A stretch of 64,000 nt of DNA from an uncultured Collinsella sp. (GCA_902470365.1 CABRFZ010000008.1:3748-67747), one strand, 5' to 3'. Counted from the stretch's first letter, positions 48,615-58,536 are shown. The notes: generated by a model from the sequence alone, not told the origin. Made by a program: numbers and translations.

Positions 48615-48707
48615 AGGATCACCTTCACCCTTGCGAGATCTGAATAGCGTGAATGCCGGCCCGGGCAGAAATACACCCCGCGCCGAGGCCCGCTATCGTC
48701 GGACGCA

Positions 48708-48908
48708 TGTTAACGTACTCTACTTTTTCTATCTGCATCTCTTCTGCTTTATAAGTCCATACGGCAGTACCGTTCACGGCTGTATTTCTACCGATTACCG
48801 GATTCTCAAAAAGTGACAAGCGTTGTGTTATGAGTACGTTAACATAGCTCGTAACGTGCGGCATCGTGAACACTTGGTTCATGCCGCTTCAAGTTGTTAA
48901 CGTACTCA
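48708..48908. promoter_or_regulatory. Three LacI-type operators in the galR-like/galK divergent region
   Basis: TGTTAACGTACTCT (48708-48721), TGAGTACGTTAACA (48831-48844) and TGTTAACGTACTCA (48895-48908). Confidence 0.65.
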
Positions 48909-48952
48909 TAATGACGCAAAACTCACCCTCGCGCGCCAAGGAAAGGACTCCC

Positions 48953-50158
48953 ATGACCACCCCCGACGATAAGACATTCGCCACGCTCACCAAGCTGTTT
49001 GAGGAGGAGTTTGGCCCCGTCGGCGACCGCCAGGTGCTCTACGTGCACGCGCCCGGCCGTTCCGAGATCAGTGGCAACCACACCGACCACGAGGGCGGCC
49101 ACGTTATCGCCGGCTCGCTCGATGTCGCTGTCGACGGCATTGCCGTAGCGACCGACACCAACAAGATTCGCGTCGCCGACGAGGGCTACCCCACCTTTGA
49201 GATCACGCTCGACACGCTGGATATTCAAGCGCCCGAGAAGGGCACGTCCGCGAGCCTCGTCCGCGGCATGGCCCACGAAATCGCTGCTCTGGGCGTTGAG
49301 CCCCAGGGCTTCGACTTCGCCTTCACCTGCTCTGTCCCCTCGGGCGGCGGCCTTTCCAGCTCCGCTGCTGTCGAGGCGGCATACGGTCGCGCCATGGAGA
49401 CGCTCTGGGGCGCACCCGCCATCGAGCCCGTCGCGCTCGCCCAGATGAGCCAGCGCACCGAGAACAACTATTACGGCAAGCCCTGCGGTCTGATGGACCA
49501 GGCCGCTGTGTGCTTGGGCGGCCTCGCCTACATGGACTTTGAGGACCAGGCTCAGCCTAAAACCCAGAAGCTCGAGCTCAACTTTGAGGATCACGGCTAT
49601 GCGCTCGTGCTCGTTAAGGTCGGTGCCGACCACGTGGCCGCCACCGACGACTACGCCGCCGTTCCGCGCGAGATGCAAGACGTCGCTGCCGAGTTTGGCA
49701 AGACACGCCTGTGCGAGGTAAACGTGGCGGACTTTGACGCCAAGCTCCCCGAGCTGCGTGCCAAACTGGGCGACCGTGCCTGTCTGCGCGCCGTTCACTA
49801 CTGGTACGAGAATGGCCTGGTCGACAAGCGCTGGGCAGCGCTCAACGCCGGCGACATCGATCAGTTCCTGGTCCTGACGCGCGAGTCCGGCGCCAGCTCT
49901 GCCATGTACCTACAGAATGTCGTTGCCAAGCTGGGCTCCGAGCAGCCCTCGATGTATGCCCTGGCACTGGCCGAGCATGTGCTCGACGGCCGCGGCGCCG
50001 TCCGTATCCACGGCGGCGGCTTTGGTGGCACCATCCAGGCCTTCGTGCCGCTCGACCTGGTCGATACCTTCATTGCCAAGATGAACGGCTGGCTGGGCGA
50101 GGGCTCTGCCCGTCATTACGCTATCTCTGACAAGGGGGCTTACGCGGCATGGCTGTAA
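48953..50158 (+). CDS. galK: Galactokinase
   Basis: APGRSEISGNHTDHEGG signature and the GHMP motif GGGLSSSA. ATG at 48953 after AAGGAAAGGA. Confidence 0.9.
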   Translation: MTTPDDKTFATLTKLFEEEFGPVGDRQVLYVHAPGRSEISGNHTDHEGGHVIAGSLDVAVDGIAVATDTNKIRVADEGYPTFEITLDTLDIQAPEKGTSASLVRGMAHEIAALGVEPQGFDFAFTCSVPSGGGLSSSAAVEAAYGRAMETLWGAPAIEPVALAQMSQRTENNYYGKPCGLMDQAAVCLGGLAYMDFEDQAQPKTQKLELNFEDHGYALVLVKVGADHVAATDDYAAVPREMQDVAAEFGKTRLCEVNVADFDAKLPELRAKLGDRACLRAVHYWYENGLVDKRWAALNAGDIDQFLVLTRESGASSAMYLQNVVAKLGSEQPSMYALALAEHVLDGRGAVRIHGGGFGGTIQAFVPLDLVDTFIAKMNGWLGEGSARHYAISDKGAYAAWL

Positions 50159-51777
50159 TGACTGACGTGCGCGAGGCCGCGCAGAACCTGATCGAGTACG
50201 CTATCCACCGATCGATGATCGGCCAGGACGATCGCATCTGGGCGTATAACACCATTCTCGAGTGCATCGGTGCTACGGGCCCGGCGCTCGGCATGGCCTG
50301 GGCGCTCCAGGTCGAGAAACTCTCGCTCTTGCACCCCGATACCCTGCCCAACTTTGACCTGGAGGGCACGCTCGCCGCGCTTGCCGAGGCCGCCGTTGCC
50401 AACGGCGCCGCCGAGGACACGGTGTCGGGCCGCGACCGCATCGCCATGCGCATCATGGGCGCGCTCATGCCTCGTCCGTCTGCCGTGATTGACGAGTTTA
50501 CCGGCCGTATGGGCGTCAACGAACCCCGCGCCGCGACCGACTGGTTCTACGGCCTGTGCTGCGACGCCGGCTACGTGCGCCGTGCCGCCATCGCGCGCAA
50601 CATCAAATGGAGCACCCCCACCAACTGGGGCGATCTTGAAATCACTATCAACCTGTCCAAACCCGAGAAGGACCCGCGCGATATCGCCGCGGCAGGTGCA
50701 GCCAAGAACTTGGGCGAGAAGTATCCCGCCTGCCAGCTCTGCATCGAGAACGAGGGCTACCCCGGACGCTCCGCCGCAGCCGACGGCGGCGCTCACCCCG
50801 CCCGCCAGAATCTGCGCGTTATCCCCATTGAGCTCGACGGCGAGCGCTGGGGCTTCCAGTACAGCCCGTACGCGTACTTTAACGAGCACTGCATTGCCAT
50901 GAGCTCCGAGCATCGTCCGATGCACGTCGACCGCAAGGGGCTGACCTGCCTGCTCGACTTTGTCGACCTGTTCCCGCACTACTTTATTGGCTCCAACGCC
51001 GACCTGCCCATCGTGGGCGGCTCGATTCTGTCGCACGACCACTTCCAGGGCGGCGCGCACGAGTTCCCCATGATGCATGCCACCGAGGTCTCGCAGTTTA
51101 GCGTGCCCGGCTTTGACCAAGTCAGCGGTACCGTGTTGCAGTGGCCGCTTTCGGTGCTGCGACTGCGCTCGCACGACCGCGCCCAGCTGCTCGACGCCGC
51201 CGAGAAGATCATCCTCGCTTGGCGCGAGTGGACCGATGAGTCGGTGGGCGTCATCGCGCGCACAGCCGACGGCGTAGCGCACAACACCGTGACGCCCGTC
51301 ATCCGCCGCGTCGACTCCCGCGGCAACGCCGGCGGCGAGATCTACGAGGCCTATCTTGCGCTTCGCTGCAACATCACGACCGACGAGCATCCGCTGGGTG
51401 TGTTCCACCCGCATGCCGAGTATCACCATATTAAAAAGGAGAACATCGGCTTAATCGAGGTCATGGGCCTGGCTATTCTTCCGCCGCGCCTGGTTCCCGA
51501 GCTTGGCGCTGTCCGCGAGCACCTGCTGGCAGCCAAGGCCGATGCCAGCTACGACCTTGCCGGCGCGCTCGAGGGCGACGACCTTTGCCGCAGCCACGCC
51601 GCATGGGCTGAGGACGTCTTTGCCCGCCGCGCCGACGAGCTTACGGCCGACAACGCCATCGACATCCTGCACGAAGAGGTCGGCGTGGTGTTTGGCCACG
51701 TGCTCGACAACGCCGGCGTCTTTAAGTGGGACGAGGCAGGACGCGCCGCCCAACAGCGCTTTATCGACTCGCTATAG
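50158..51777 (+). CDS. galT: UDP-glucose--hexose-1-phosphate uridylyltransferase (long, type 2)
   Basis: About 540-aa Gram-positive-type GalT. The ATG overlaps the galK stop (TAATG); an alternative ATG is at 50149. Confidence 0.85.
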   Translation: MTDVREAAQNLIEYAIHRSMIGQDDRIWAYNTILECIGATGPALGMAWALQVEKLSLLHPDTLPNFDLEGTLAALAEAAVANGAAEDTVSGRDRIAMRIMGALMPRPSAVIDEFTGRMGVNEPRAATDWFYGLCCDAGYVRRAAIARNIKWSTPTNWGDLEITINLSKPEKDPRDIAAAGAAKNLGEKYPACQLCIENEGYPGRSAAADGGAHPARQNLRVIPIELDGERWGFQYSPYAYFNEHCIAMSSEHRPMHVDRKGLTCLLDFVDLFPHYFIGSNADLPIVGGSILSHDHFQGGAHEFPMMHATEVSQFSVPGFDQVSGTVLQWPLSVLRLRSHDRAQLLDAAEKIILAWREWTDESVGVIARTADGVAHNTVTPVIRRVDSRGNAGGEIYEAYLALRCNITTDEHPLGVFHPHAEYHHIKKENIGLIEVMGLAILPPRLVPELGAVREHLLAAKADASYDLAGALEGDDLCRSHAAWAEDVFARRADELTADNAIDILHEEVGVVFGHVLDNAGVFKWDEAGRAAQQRFIDSL

Positions 51778-51824
51778 CATGCGAGCTCGAACGCACGCAC
51801 TCAACAAATAGCGTCTACACGACA

Positions 51825-51865
51825 ACGGCGCCCGCCGGCAACATCACCGACGGGCGCCGTTTTTG
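51825..51865 (+). terminator. Intrinsic terminator after galT
   Basis: acggcgcccg..cgggcgccgt followed by ttttt. Confidence 0.75.
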
Positions 51866-51868
51866 AGT

Positions 51869-51940
51869 GTAGCCATTGGGGTCATTCTTAAGGGGCGTTC
51901 TTAAACGACTAGTCATTAAAGAGCGTCCCCAATGACTACT
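51869..51940. repeat. Family D repeat (CCCCAATGACTA / CGTTCTTAAACGACTAGTCATT), copy 1
   Basis: It shares a 22-nt exact match (cgttcttaaacgactagtcatt, 51897-51918) with the inverted copy at 56627-56668, within a longer imperfect alignment. It has internal IRs gtagccattggggtc / gtccccaatgactac. Confidence 0.75.
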
Positions 51941-51979
51941 TGCGACCAAGGCAACGCCGGTGTCTTGTCAACGACAGCG

Positions 51980-52120
51980 AAAACGCCCCTAAGCGAGCAA
52001 GGTGACGTGAAAGAGGAGGGCATTGACCTTTTGGTCATGCCCGACGATTGAACGTCAGATTGCCGCTTAGGGGCGTTTGCAGCGTCGCGCCGTTACGCGG
52101 TTTGGTAAAACCGCGTAACC
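51980..52120 (-). repeat. Family C 3' element, copy 2
   Basis: On the minus strand the lacC TAG is followed by ggttacgcggttttaccaaaccgcgtaac, then CGACGCTGC, CAATCTGACGTTCAA, a GC hairpin and TTTCACGTCA, as at 34679-34826. Confidence 0.75.
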
Positions 52121-53056
52121 CTACAGTTCAGTCACGACAACGCTGTTGTAGACCTCGTCCCAGCGATCCATGACCAGGTGGCCGGTCTTGGGATCCATGG
52201 CGTTGAGCTTGCCGCAGGTATTGGCGGTCTTGAGCACCGTGACGTCGTCGGCGCCGGCAGCAATGGCATGCGCAAAGCCGGCGATGGTCGAGTCGCCGGA
52301 ACCCGTCGCGTTCACAGCCGCAATCGCGGGCGTCTTGGCGCGGAACGCGCGACCCTCATGGAAGCCAACCGAACCGGCAGCGCCCATCGAAACGACAACC
52401 CAGGGAATACCGGCAAAGCGGTCATCGGCGGCGAGCGCCTCGCGCAGGGCATCGACATCATCGGTCGTAAAGGACGTACCCAGCAGGCCGTTAATCTCGG
52501 TCAGATTGGGCTTTACGAGCTCAGGCTTAGCGTCGGACTCCAGCGCGGCCTCCAGCGATGCACCCGAGGTGTCGAGCAGCACCTTGGCGCCCGCCTCCTC
52601 GGCGATCTTGACGAGCTCGGCATAGTAGCCGGCATCGACGCCGCGCGGCAGCGAGCCCGAAAGCGTCACAACGTCCGCCTTCGCTGCAAGCTCGGCGAAC
52701 TTGGCCGTAAAGGCCTCGAGCTCGGCCGGGGCGATCTGCGGGCCGCTCTCCAGCAGCTCGGTCTGATTGCCCTCGTGCAGAATATTCAGGCAAATGCGCG
52801 TCTCACCGGCGATGGGCACAAAGTCGTTCTTGACGCCGTCGGCATCCATAAGCTCGGCCATATAGGCACCCATGTGGCCGCCGAGCAGGCCAGTCGCGAG
52901 CACGTCGTCGCCCAGCTGCAGCAGCACACGGCTCACGTTGAGGCCCTTACCGCCAGCAGTCTTTTCGGGCGTCACGCGGTTCACGTCGTCGATGATCAGC
53001 TTGTCGAGCTGATAGCGCGTATCAATCGACGGGTTCATGGTAACAGTCAGAATCAT
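52121..53056 (-). CDS. lacC: Tagatose-6-phosphate kinase / PfkB-family sugar-phosphate kinase
   Basis: MILTVTMNPSIDTRY..AGGKGLNVSRVL and the C-terminal GSGDS motif. It sits in a lacABX context. Confidence 0.8.
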   Translation of the reverse strand: MILTVTMNPSIDTRYQLDKLIIDDVNRVTPEKTAGGKGLNVSRVLLQLGDDVLATGLLGGHMGAYMAELMDADGVKNDFVPIAGETRICLNILHEGNQTELLESGPQIAPAELEAFTAKFAELAAKADVVTLSGSLPRGVDAGYYAELVKIAEEAGAKVLLDTSGASLEAALESDAKPELVKPNLTEINGLLGTSFTTDDVDALREALAADDRFAGIPWVVVSMGAAGSVGFHEGRAFRAKTPAIAAVNATGSGDSTIAGFAHAIAAGADDVTVLKTANTCGKLNAMDPKTGHLVMDRWDEVYNSVVVTEL

Positions 53057-53109
53057 ATTGAACTCCTGTTCCGGGGCGGCATGACCCACCCCAAACATAC
53101 GATAGCTCG

Positions 53110-53991
53110 TTAAAGGATCTCGATCTCAAAGCCGCGGGTGACGGTCTCCCCCGGCTTGGCCACCAGGCAGCCGCGCTTGTGCTCCAGAATATCGTCCTCG
53201 TCGGAGCAGGTGGACAGACCGCCCCACGGTTCAACAGCCACAAAGTCGCCCTCGGGCTTGCTCCACACAATCAGGTACGGCATATCGGGGAACGTCAGGC
53301 GCACGCCCTTGTCCTCGGTTTTCTTGGTCAGCGTAACCACGCGGCTCTCGAGCATGTCGAAGATGGTCTCCGCGAAGTCAAAGAGTTCGTGGGTCAGCGG
53401 CAGGTCATGGCCAACCATCGGGTTCTTGCTGCGATGCTCAACATCAATCAGGCCCGTCGAGGGAACGGCAGTACAGAGCTCGGCGGCCTCGCGCTGCTCA
53501 AAACGGAGCTCGTAGTCGTCATAGGACTCGCCCTCGTCAAGCGGGCACTTAAAGCCAGGGTGACCGCCCACAAAGAACGGCATGTCCTCGGTGCCCTCAT
53601 TGGTCACCTCGTACGACACGGCCACCTTCTCCGCATCGATCATGTAACGAGCAACGATCTTAAACGGATACGGGTACTGCTCGAGTAACTCGACATGGTC
53701 GGCAGAACTTAGGCTCAGCGCAACCATGTTGTCGCTCTGTTCCTCGAGTTTCCACTCCTGTTTGCGCGCAAAGCCGTGACGGGCGAGCTTAACCTCGCGG
53801 CCGCCCATGGTCATTGCGTGACCGTCACGAAGGCCGCCGCAGATCGGGAAGCAAATAGGCGCCTGGCCCGACCACACCGCCGGATCACCCTGCCACAGAT
53901 ACTCGCGGCCGTTGGCCGTAATAGAAGTGAACGATCCGCCAGCCGTGCTCAACGCAATGCGGACAGAGCCGTTATCAAGAACAAACTCCAT
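53110..53991 (-). CDS. lacX: Aldose 1-epimerase family protein (LacX-like)
   Basis: PICFPICGG..ARHGFAR motif. ATG at 53991 with a GAAGGAG SD (the track start at 54009 is a GTG inside the SD region). Confidence 0.75.
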   Translation of the reverse strand: MEFVLDNGSVRIALSTAGGSFTSITANGREYLWQGDPAVWSGQAPICFPICGGLRDGHAMTMGGREVKLARHGFARKQEWKLEEQSDNMVALSLSSADHVELLEQYPYPFKIVARYMIDAEKVAVSYEVTNEGTEDMPFFVGGHPGFKCPLDEGESYDDYELRFEQREAAELCTAVPSTGLIDVEHRSKNPMVGHDLPLTHELFDFAETIFDMLESRVVTLTKKTEDKGVRLTFPDMPYLIVWSKPEGDFVAVEPWGGLSTCSDEDDILEHKRGCLVAKPGETVTRGFEIEIL

Positions 53992-54194
53992 GGGAATCTT
54001 CTCCTTCACATATCATCTCGCACGATCCATTGTGAACGTCGTGCCTTTAGCAGAAAGGTAATGAGGCAGCGCCGCAAACAAAAGAACAATGCACGTCCAG
54101 CCCGCTGGGCCAATTGGGCTGATAGAAAACCGGCCCGCGCCCCCTCACAGAAACGCGAGCCGTCAACGGACTAGTTAATTACGCCGGATACCCG

Positions 54195-54719
54195 CTAATC
54201 GTGGTATTCACCGCGGTCCCACTTCTCGAGGAACTCGTCAAAGAAGTGCGGGTCAGCCTGAGCCTCAGCGTCGGCCTTATTGCAGGCATCGATCTTGGCA
54301 ATCAGGGCATCGTGCTCGGGGGTCTTCTCGTAGGGCTCCTCCAGGAAGGCAAGCATGATATCGGCCATCAGGAACTCGCCGGTGATCTTACCGCCAAAGC
54401 CCACGATGTTGGCGTTGAGCTCGCGACGGGCATACAGGGCAGAGGTCATGTCGCGAACCAGGGCGCAGCGGGCGCCGGGAACCTTGTTGACGGCGTTGGT
54501 GATGCCGATGCCGGTGCCGCACAGGGCCACGCCAAAGTCGGCCTTGCCGCTGGCAACAGCCTCGCCCACGGCCTTACCGTAGATGGGGTAGTGCGTACGG
54601 GTGTGGCTGTAGGTGCCGCAATCGAGCACCTTGTAGCCAGCCTGCTCCAGGCGGTCGGCCAGATAGATCTTCTCGTCCGTAACGATATGGTCGCAACCGA
54701 TTGCGATGGTCTTCTTCAT
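54195..54719 (-). CDS. lacB: Galactose-6-phosphate isomerase subunit LacB
   Basis: [21 protein letters not shown]..RpiB/LacAB family, 174 aa. Confidence 0.85.
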   Translation of the reverse strand: MKKTIAIGCDHIVTDEKIYLADRLEQAGYKVLDCGTYSHTRTHYPIYGKAVGEAVASGKADFGVALCGTGIGITNAVNKVPGARCALVRDMTSALYARRELNANIVGFGGKITGEFLMADIMLAFLEEPYEKTPEHDALIAKIDACNKADAEAQADPHFFDEFLEKWDRGEYHD

Positions 54720-54782
54720 CAGAACGTCCTTTCGTCTGAATTCACAAGTTGAGGTAGAAGTTCGAGTTCTCGGTGGCTCTCG

Positions 54783-55211
54783 TTAGGCCATCTTGTTGAG
54801 CATGTCGACACGGATCTGGTGACGGCCGCCGGCGTACTGGGCACGCAGGAACTCGCGGGCGATCTTCTTGGCGACCTCGGTGCCCACAACGCCCGGGCCC
54901 ATGGTGACCATGCGCGAGCCGTTGTGCTCGCGGGTCATGTAGGCGGAACGCTCGTCGGAAATGTTGGCGACGACCATGCCCTTAATCTTGACGGCGGCCA
55001 TATAGGAGCCGACGCCGTACTTATCGAATGCGAAGCCCTGGGAATCCTTGTGCTCCAGCAGGTCCTTGGCAACGGCGGTCGCGGAATCGACAAAGTCCGC
55101 GGCAGGGGTCTCGGAATAGTCGACGACCTCGTGACCGTCGGCGATGAGCATCTCCTTGATGGACTCCTTCATCGACATACCGTCGGCATCGGAAGCGATT
55201 ACAACCCTCAT
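54783..55211 (-). CDS. lacA: Galactose-6-phosphate isomerase subunit LacA
   Basis: MRVVIASDADG.. RpiB/LacAB family, 142 aa, immediately upstream of lacB. AAGGAGGA SD. Confidence 0.85.
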   Translation of the reverse strand: MRVVIASDADGMSMKESIKEMLIADGHEVVDYSETPAADFVDSATAVAKDLLEHKDSQGFAFDKYGVGSYMAAVKIKGMVVANISDERSAYMTREHNGSRMVTMGPGVVGTEVAKKIAREFLRAQYAGGRHQIRVDMLNKMA

Positions 55212-55518
55212 GACATCCTCCTTGAGAGATACGCAGGTGCGTAGTTTCTGTTTGGAAGTGTTGAATCGCGTTCAGGTCCGGGCATCTGAATGTGCGGTTC
55301 TTCACTGTTCATGTTTATTTGAACACATTCGAACATCAACTGCAAGAATTATTTGTTTATCTTTGTTCTTTTTTGAACAAATACCGTTCACGGATGATTG
55401 CCGACCGTTTGGGCCGGGTGCGGACGTAGCGACCATGTGTTCAACAAACAAAAAGGCGGCCGAGAACGTGTCTCGGCCGCCCTTCTTACAGTTGATCTTC
55501 CAAAGAACGCTTTGCCGC

Positions 55519-56532
55519 CTACTCAGACTGCCTGCCCTTCTTGGCGTGCTTGGACGGAGCACTCAGAAAGCGGCCCGTCAAATAGTTCGCCGGGCCGGAA
55601 ATATCAATCCCCAGTAGCGTGTGTCCCAGCCACAGAAACGCCGCGAGCACCAGCAGCGGGATAACGCACGAGGTCACGATCATCACAATGACGCCTTCGA
55701 TGAGATCGGTCACTTGCTGCACAATTTCATCGGTCATCTGCTTGGCGCCGCTGGTCACCGACGTGACGAGGCCCGAGGCACCGTCGGCAAGCTGCTCGAG
55801 CACGCTCTTGGACTCTGCGGACTCGGTCTTTTTCTTGCTTGTTTTGGAGCTATCGCTATTTGCCGCACTCGCAGCGTCGGCCGCCTTTTGCTCGGCCGCC
55901 TCGATGCTAACGCGATACGTTTCGTCGACCTTCTGCGACACCCAAACGCTTGCAGGCACCAACGCCATGCCAATTATGGCGACCACCAGCACACGCGTTG
56001 CCACGCGGCGAATGACTGCGCTCGTGCTCCAGCGTCCGTGAATGCCAAGCGACACCGCGAAGAGTACGAGCGAGAACGGAATCAGGATGCCCAGCCCGAC
56101 CGACCATAAAATGGTCAGCAGATATTTTTCGAGGTAGAGCACGGCAAGCACGATACCCAAGTTTCCCGAAAGCTGCGCGAGCTGCTCGGCAACTGGCGTT
56201 CCCGTATCGCCCGGCAGCGCAGTGATACCCGCAGATAGGGCGACGCACGAGGTTGTGAGCGCCAAAACATTGCCCTTCTTTTGATCGATGACCTCGATGG
56301 TGGAGTCCCAAGTCTTGGTATCGGCAAAATGCGGACGAGCTACAAAGCCCGACAACAGCGCCAGTACCACGAGCGCAACGATAAAGCCAATCTGCAGCTT
56401 TTTGTTTGCGCACACGACATCAGACAGGCTGGGCTGCAGCTCGGTTACCGTCGTATGCTCGGTTATCTGGACAGGACGCCCATGAGCCATCTCGTGCGCA
56501 TCTGTCTTTTGAATCAATCCGTTGTCCGGCAT
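55519..56532 (-). CDS. Hypothetical multi-pass membrane protein (337 aa)
   Basis: Strong GAGGAGG SD before the ATG at 56532. It has 5-6 hydrophobic segments and a central Ser/Lys-rich hydrophilic loop. I recognise no family. Confidence 0.6.
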   Translation of the reverse strand: MPDNGLIQKTDAHEMAHGRPVQITEHTTVTELQPSLSDVVCANKKLQIGFIVALVVLALLSGFVARPHFADTKTWDSTIEVIDQKKGNVLALTTSCVALSAGITALPGDTGTPVAEQLAQLSGNLGIVLAVLYLEKYLLTILWSVGLGILIPFSLVLFAVSLGIHGRWSTSAVIRRVATRVLVVAIIGMALVPASVWVSQKVDETYRVSIEAAEQKAADAASAANSDSSKTSKKKTESAESKSVLEQLADGASGLVTSVTSGAKQMTDEIVQQVTDLIEGVIVMIVTSCVIPLLVLAAFLWLGHTLLGIDISGPANYLTGRFLSAPSKHAKKGRQSE

Positions 56533-56626
56533 TTGGACACCTCCTCATTCCGGCCTGCATTGCGGATGGAAGTATACCCACCCATCGAAAAACCGAACGG
56601 GAGGACGAACGGAGCGCACCAAGACT

Positions 56627-56668
56627 GTCCCCAATGACTAGTCGTTTAAGAACGTCCCCAATGACTAT
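56627..56668. repeat. Family D repeat, copy 2 (inverted relative to copy 1)
   Basis: gtccccaatgacta occurs twice (56628-56641, 56654-56667), flanking gtcgtttaagaac. Confidence 0.75.
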
Positions 56669-56676
56669 CTCGGGAT

Positions 56677-56745
56677 GAGTTGCGGTGGAATAGGGATTGT
56701 TTTGCGCCCGCCGGCCCCTATTCGGTCCCCATTTCACCGCAACTT
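56677..56745. repeat. Family E hairpin, copy 2
   Basis: gagttgcggtggaataggg (56677-56695) and ccccatttcaccgcaactt (56727-56745). Confidence 0.7.
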
Positions 56746-56818
56746 GGAGGAGGACAGAAAAAGCCCTGCCGCGGGTAGCGGCAGAGCTTTTGGAAGGGGA
56801 CTTGGTTGTGAGGGCTCA

Positions 56819-57157
56819 TTAGGCGAGCTTGGCCTCGAGCTCGGCGATGCGCTTGTAGGCATCGATGGTAAAGCGGGTCTGCTTCTCCAGGATCATAGTG
56901 GTCATGAGGGTGTCCTGAGCGTGAGCCATGATGAAGGTCATCTCCATCTCGCCACCGCCGGCCTCCTGCGAAAGCAGTTTGGTCTGCGTGTCGTGGGCAC
57001 CGATGAGCGCATCGCTGGCATCCTTGTGCAGCTGTTCGGCCTTCTCAAAGTCACCCTCGCGAGCAGCATCGAGCGCTGCAAGCAGATCGGTCTGGGCGTC
57101 ACCTGCGTATGCGACGATCTCGAATCCAACCATCGAGATTTCTTCTTTGGTTGCCAT
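56819..57157 (-). CDS. lacF: PTS lactose/cellobiose-family EIIA
   Basis: 112-aa helical EIIA with FEIVAYAGDA..AHDTQT..FIMAHAQDTLM (His phosphorylation region). Confidence 0.85.
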   Translation of the reverse strand: MATKEEISMVGFEIVAYAGDAQTDLLAALDAAREGDFEKAEQLHKDASDALIGAHDTQTKLLSQEAGGGEMEMTFIMAHAQDTLMTTMILEKQTRFTIDAYKRIAELEAKLA

Positions 57158-57371
57158 ATTGCGTTCCTTTCACATATGAACCAATGGAGAGCATCGCGTC
57201 CGGGCATACGCGCTGCGTTGTCTATGACAGAAACAATAACATTCAAACAAAAAAGAACAGCTCAAAACGTAATTTCGAGCTATGAACGGTCACTTTTCGC
57301 CCGTGAACGGTTTTTAAACCAATCTGAACAATATCAAACACAATTATCGGCAACCCAAACAGGACCGCACC

Positions 57372-58376
57372 CTAACACAAATCGCGCACCGTATCGCCCT
57401 CTACAAGCACACCGGGGATCAGCATGTGCTCCACGCCAGACGCACCCCCATCGGCGCCGGCAATCTTGTCGACCGCCCACATGCCGACGCGCTTGTTGTC
57501 AAAGCGCACCGTGGTCAGGCGACGGTCGGGCACGATATCGCCCAGGCTGTCATCAACACCCACCACGCTCACGTCCTCGGGCACACGCCTTCCGCACGAC
57601 TCGAGCCCGCGAATGCAGCCGTATGCCATGGCATCGTTGGAAGCATAAATGGCCGTACAGGTCGGATCTTCCGCCAGAGCCTGACCGGCAGCATATCCGC
57701 TCTGTGCCGTCCAATCCCCACGGACGAGTCGCGGCGGCTCAATTCCATGCGCGCGCAATGTCTCGCGCCAGCCTTCCTCGCGCCGCATGCCCGAAAGCGA
57801 GCGCTCGGGACACGAGATAAAGTGCACGGTTTTGTGCCCCCGCCCCAGCAAGTACTCGACCACCTGGCGCGAGCAATCGAACTGGTCGTTATCGACCGTT
57901 GAACAGAGCGGGTGCTCCAGCATCGTAACGAGCACCGTCTGCATGCCGGGCAGCGGCTCGAAGGTGCCAAAGTCCGCCGGCATGCGATTCATGATCACGA
58001 CCATGCCGTCTACCGGCAGCGCGCTCATGCGCGACGATGCGCTCTCGAGGGTATACGGATGCCCATCTACTTTAGTGAGGGTGATGGCATAGCCATGTTT
58101 GTCGGCCGCGGCGGCAAAGCCCTCCATACGGTCGAGGTTGCCGGTACCGGTAATGTTGAACATGGCGACGCCAACGGTCTTAAACTTGCCACGGCGCAGC
58201 GATCGACCGGCAAAATTGGGGCGATACCCCAGCTCGCGCATGGCGGCACGCACGCGTTCCTTGGTCTCGGGGCGCACGCTGGGCGAATCGTGCACGGTGC
58301 GCGAGACCGTCTGCTCCGAGACGCCCGCGAGGCGCGCCACGTCTTTGACGGATACCGATTTTTTAACAGCGGCCAT
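57372..58376 (-). CDS. LacI family regulator (paralog 2)
   Basis: HTH VKDVARLAGVSEQTVSRTV. About 45-50% identity by eye to the regulators at 47583 and 62271. Confidence 0.85.
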   Translation of the reverse strand: MAAVKKSVSVKDVARLAGVSEQTVSRTVHDSPSVRPETKERVRAAMRELGYRPNFAGRSLRRGKFKTVGVAMFNITGTGNLDRMEGFAAAADKHGYAITLTKVDGHPYTLESASSRMSALPVDGMVVIMNRMPADFGTFEPLPGMQTVLVTMLEHPLCSTVDNDQFDCSRQVVEYLLGRGHKTVHFISCPERSLSGMRREEGWRETLRAHGIEPPRLVRGDWTAQSGYAAGQALAEDPTCTAIYASNDAMAYGCIRGLESCGRRVPEDVSVVGVDDSLGDIVPDRRLTTVRFDNKRVGMWAVDKIAGADGGASGVEHMLIPGVLVEGDTVRDLC

Positions 58377-58536
58377 AGGTCGATCTTTCTATGTCAACGA
58401 TGCCATTGGCGGCACCCTACGCAGTCAAATGAAACGTCTTCAAGTATATCTAACGCCTCCCCCACCATACGCTCACCACCCAAAACCTACCGTTCACCGA
58501 CATTTTTGCTTCCCCGAACGGCTTTTGTCGCCCAAA

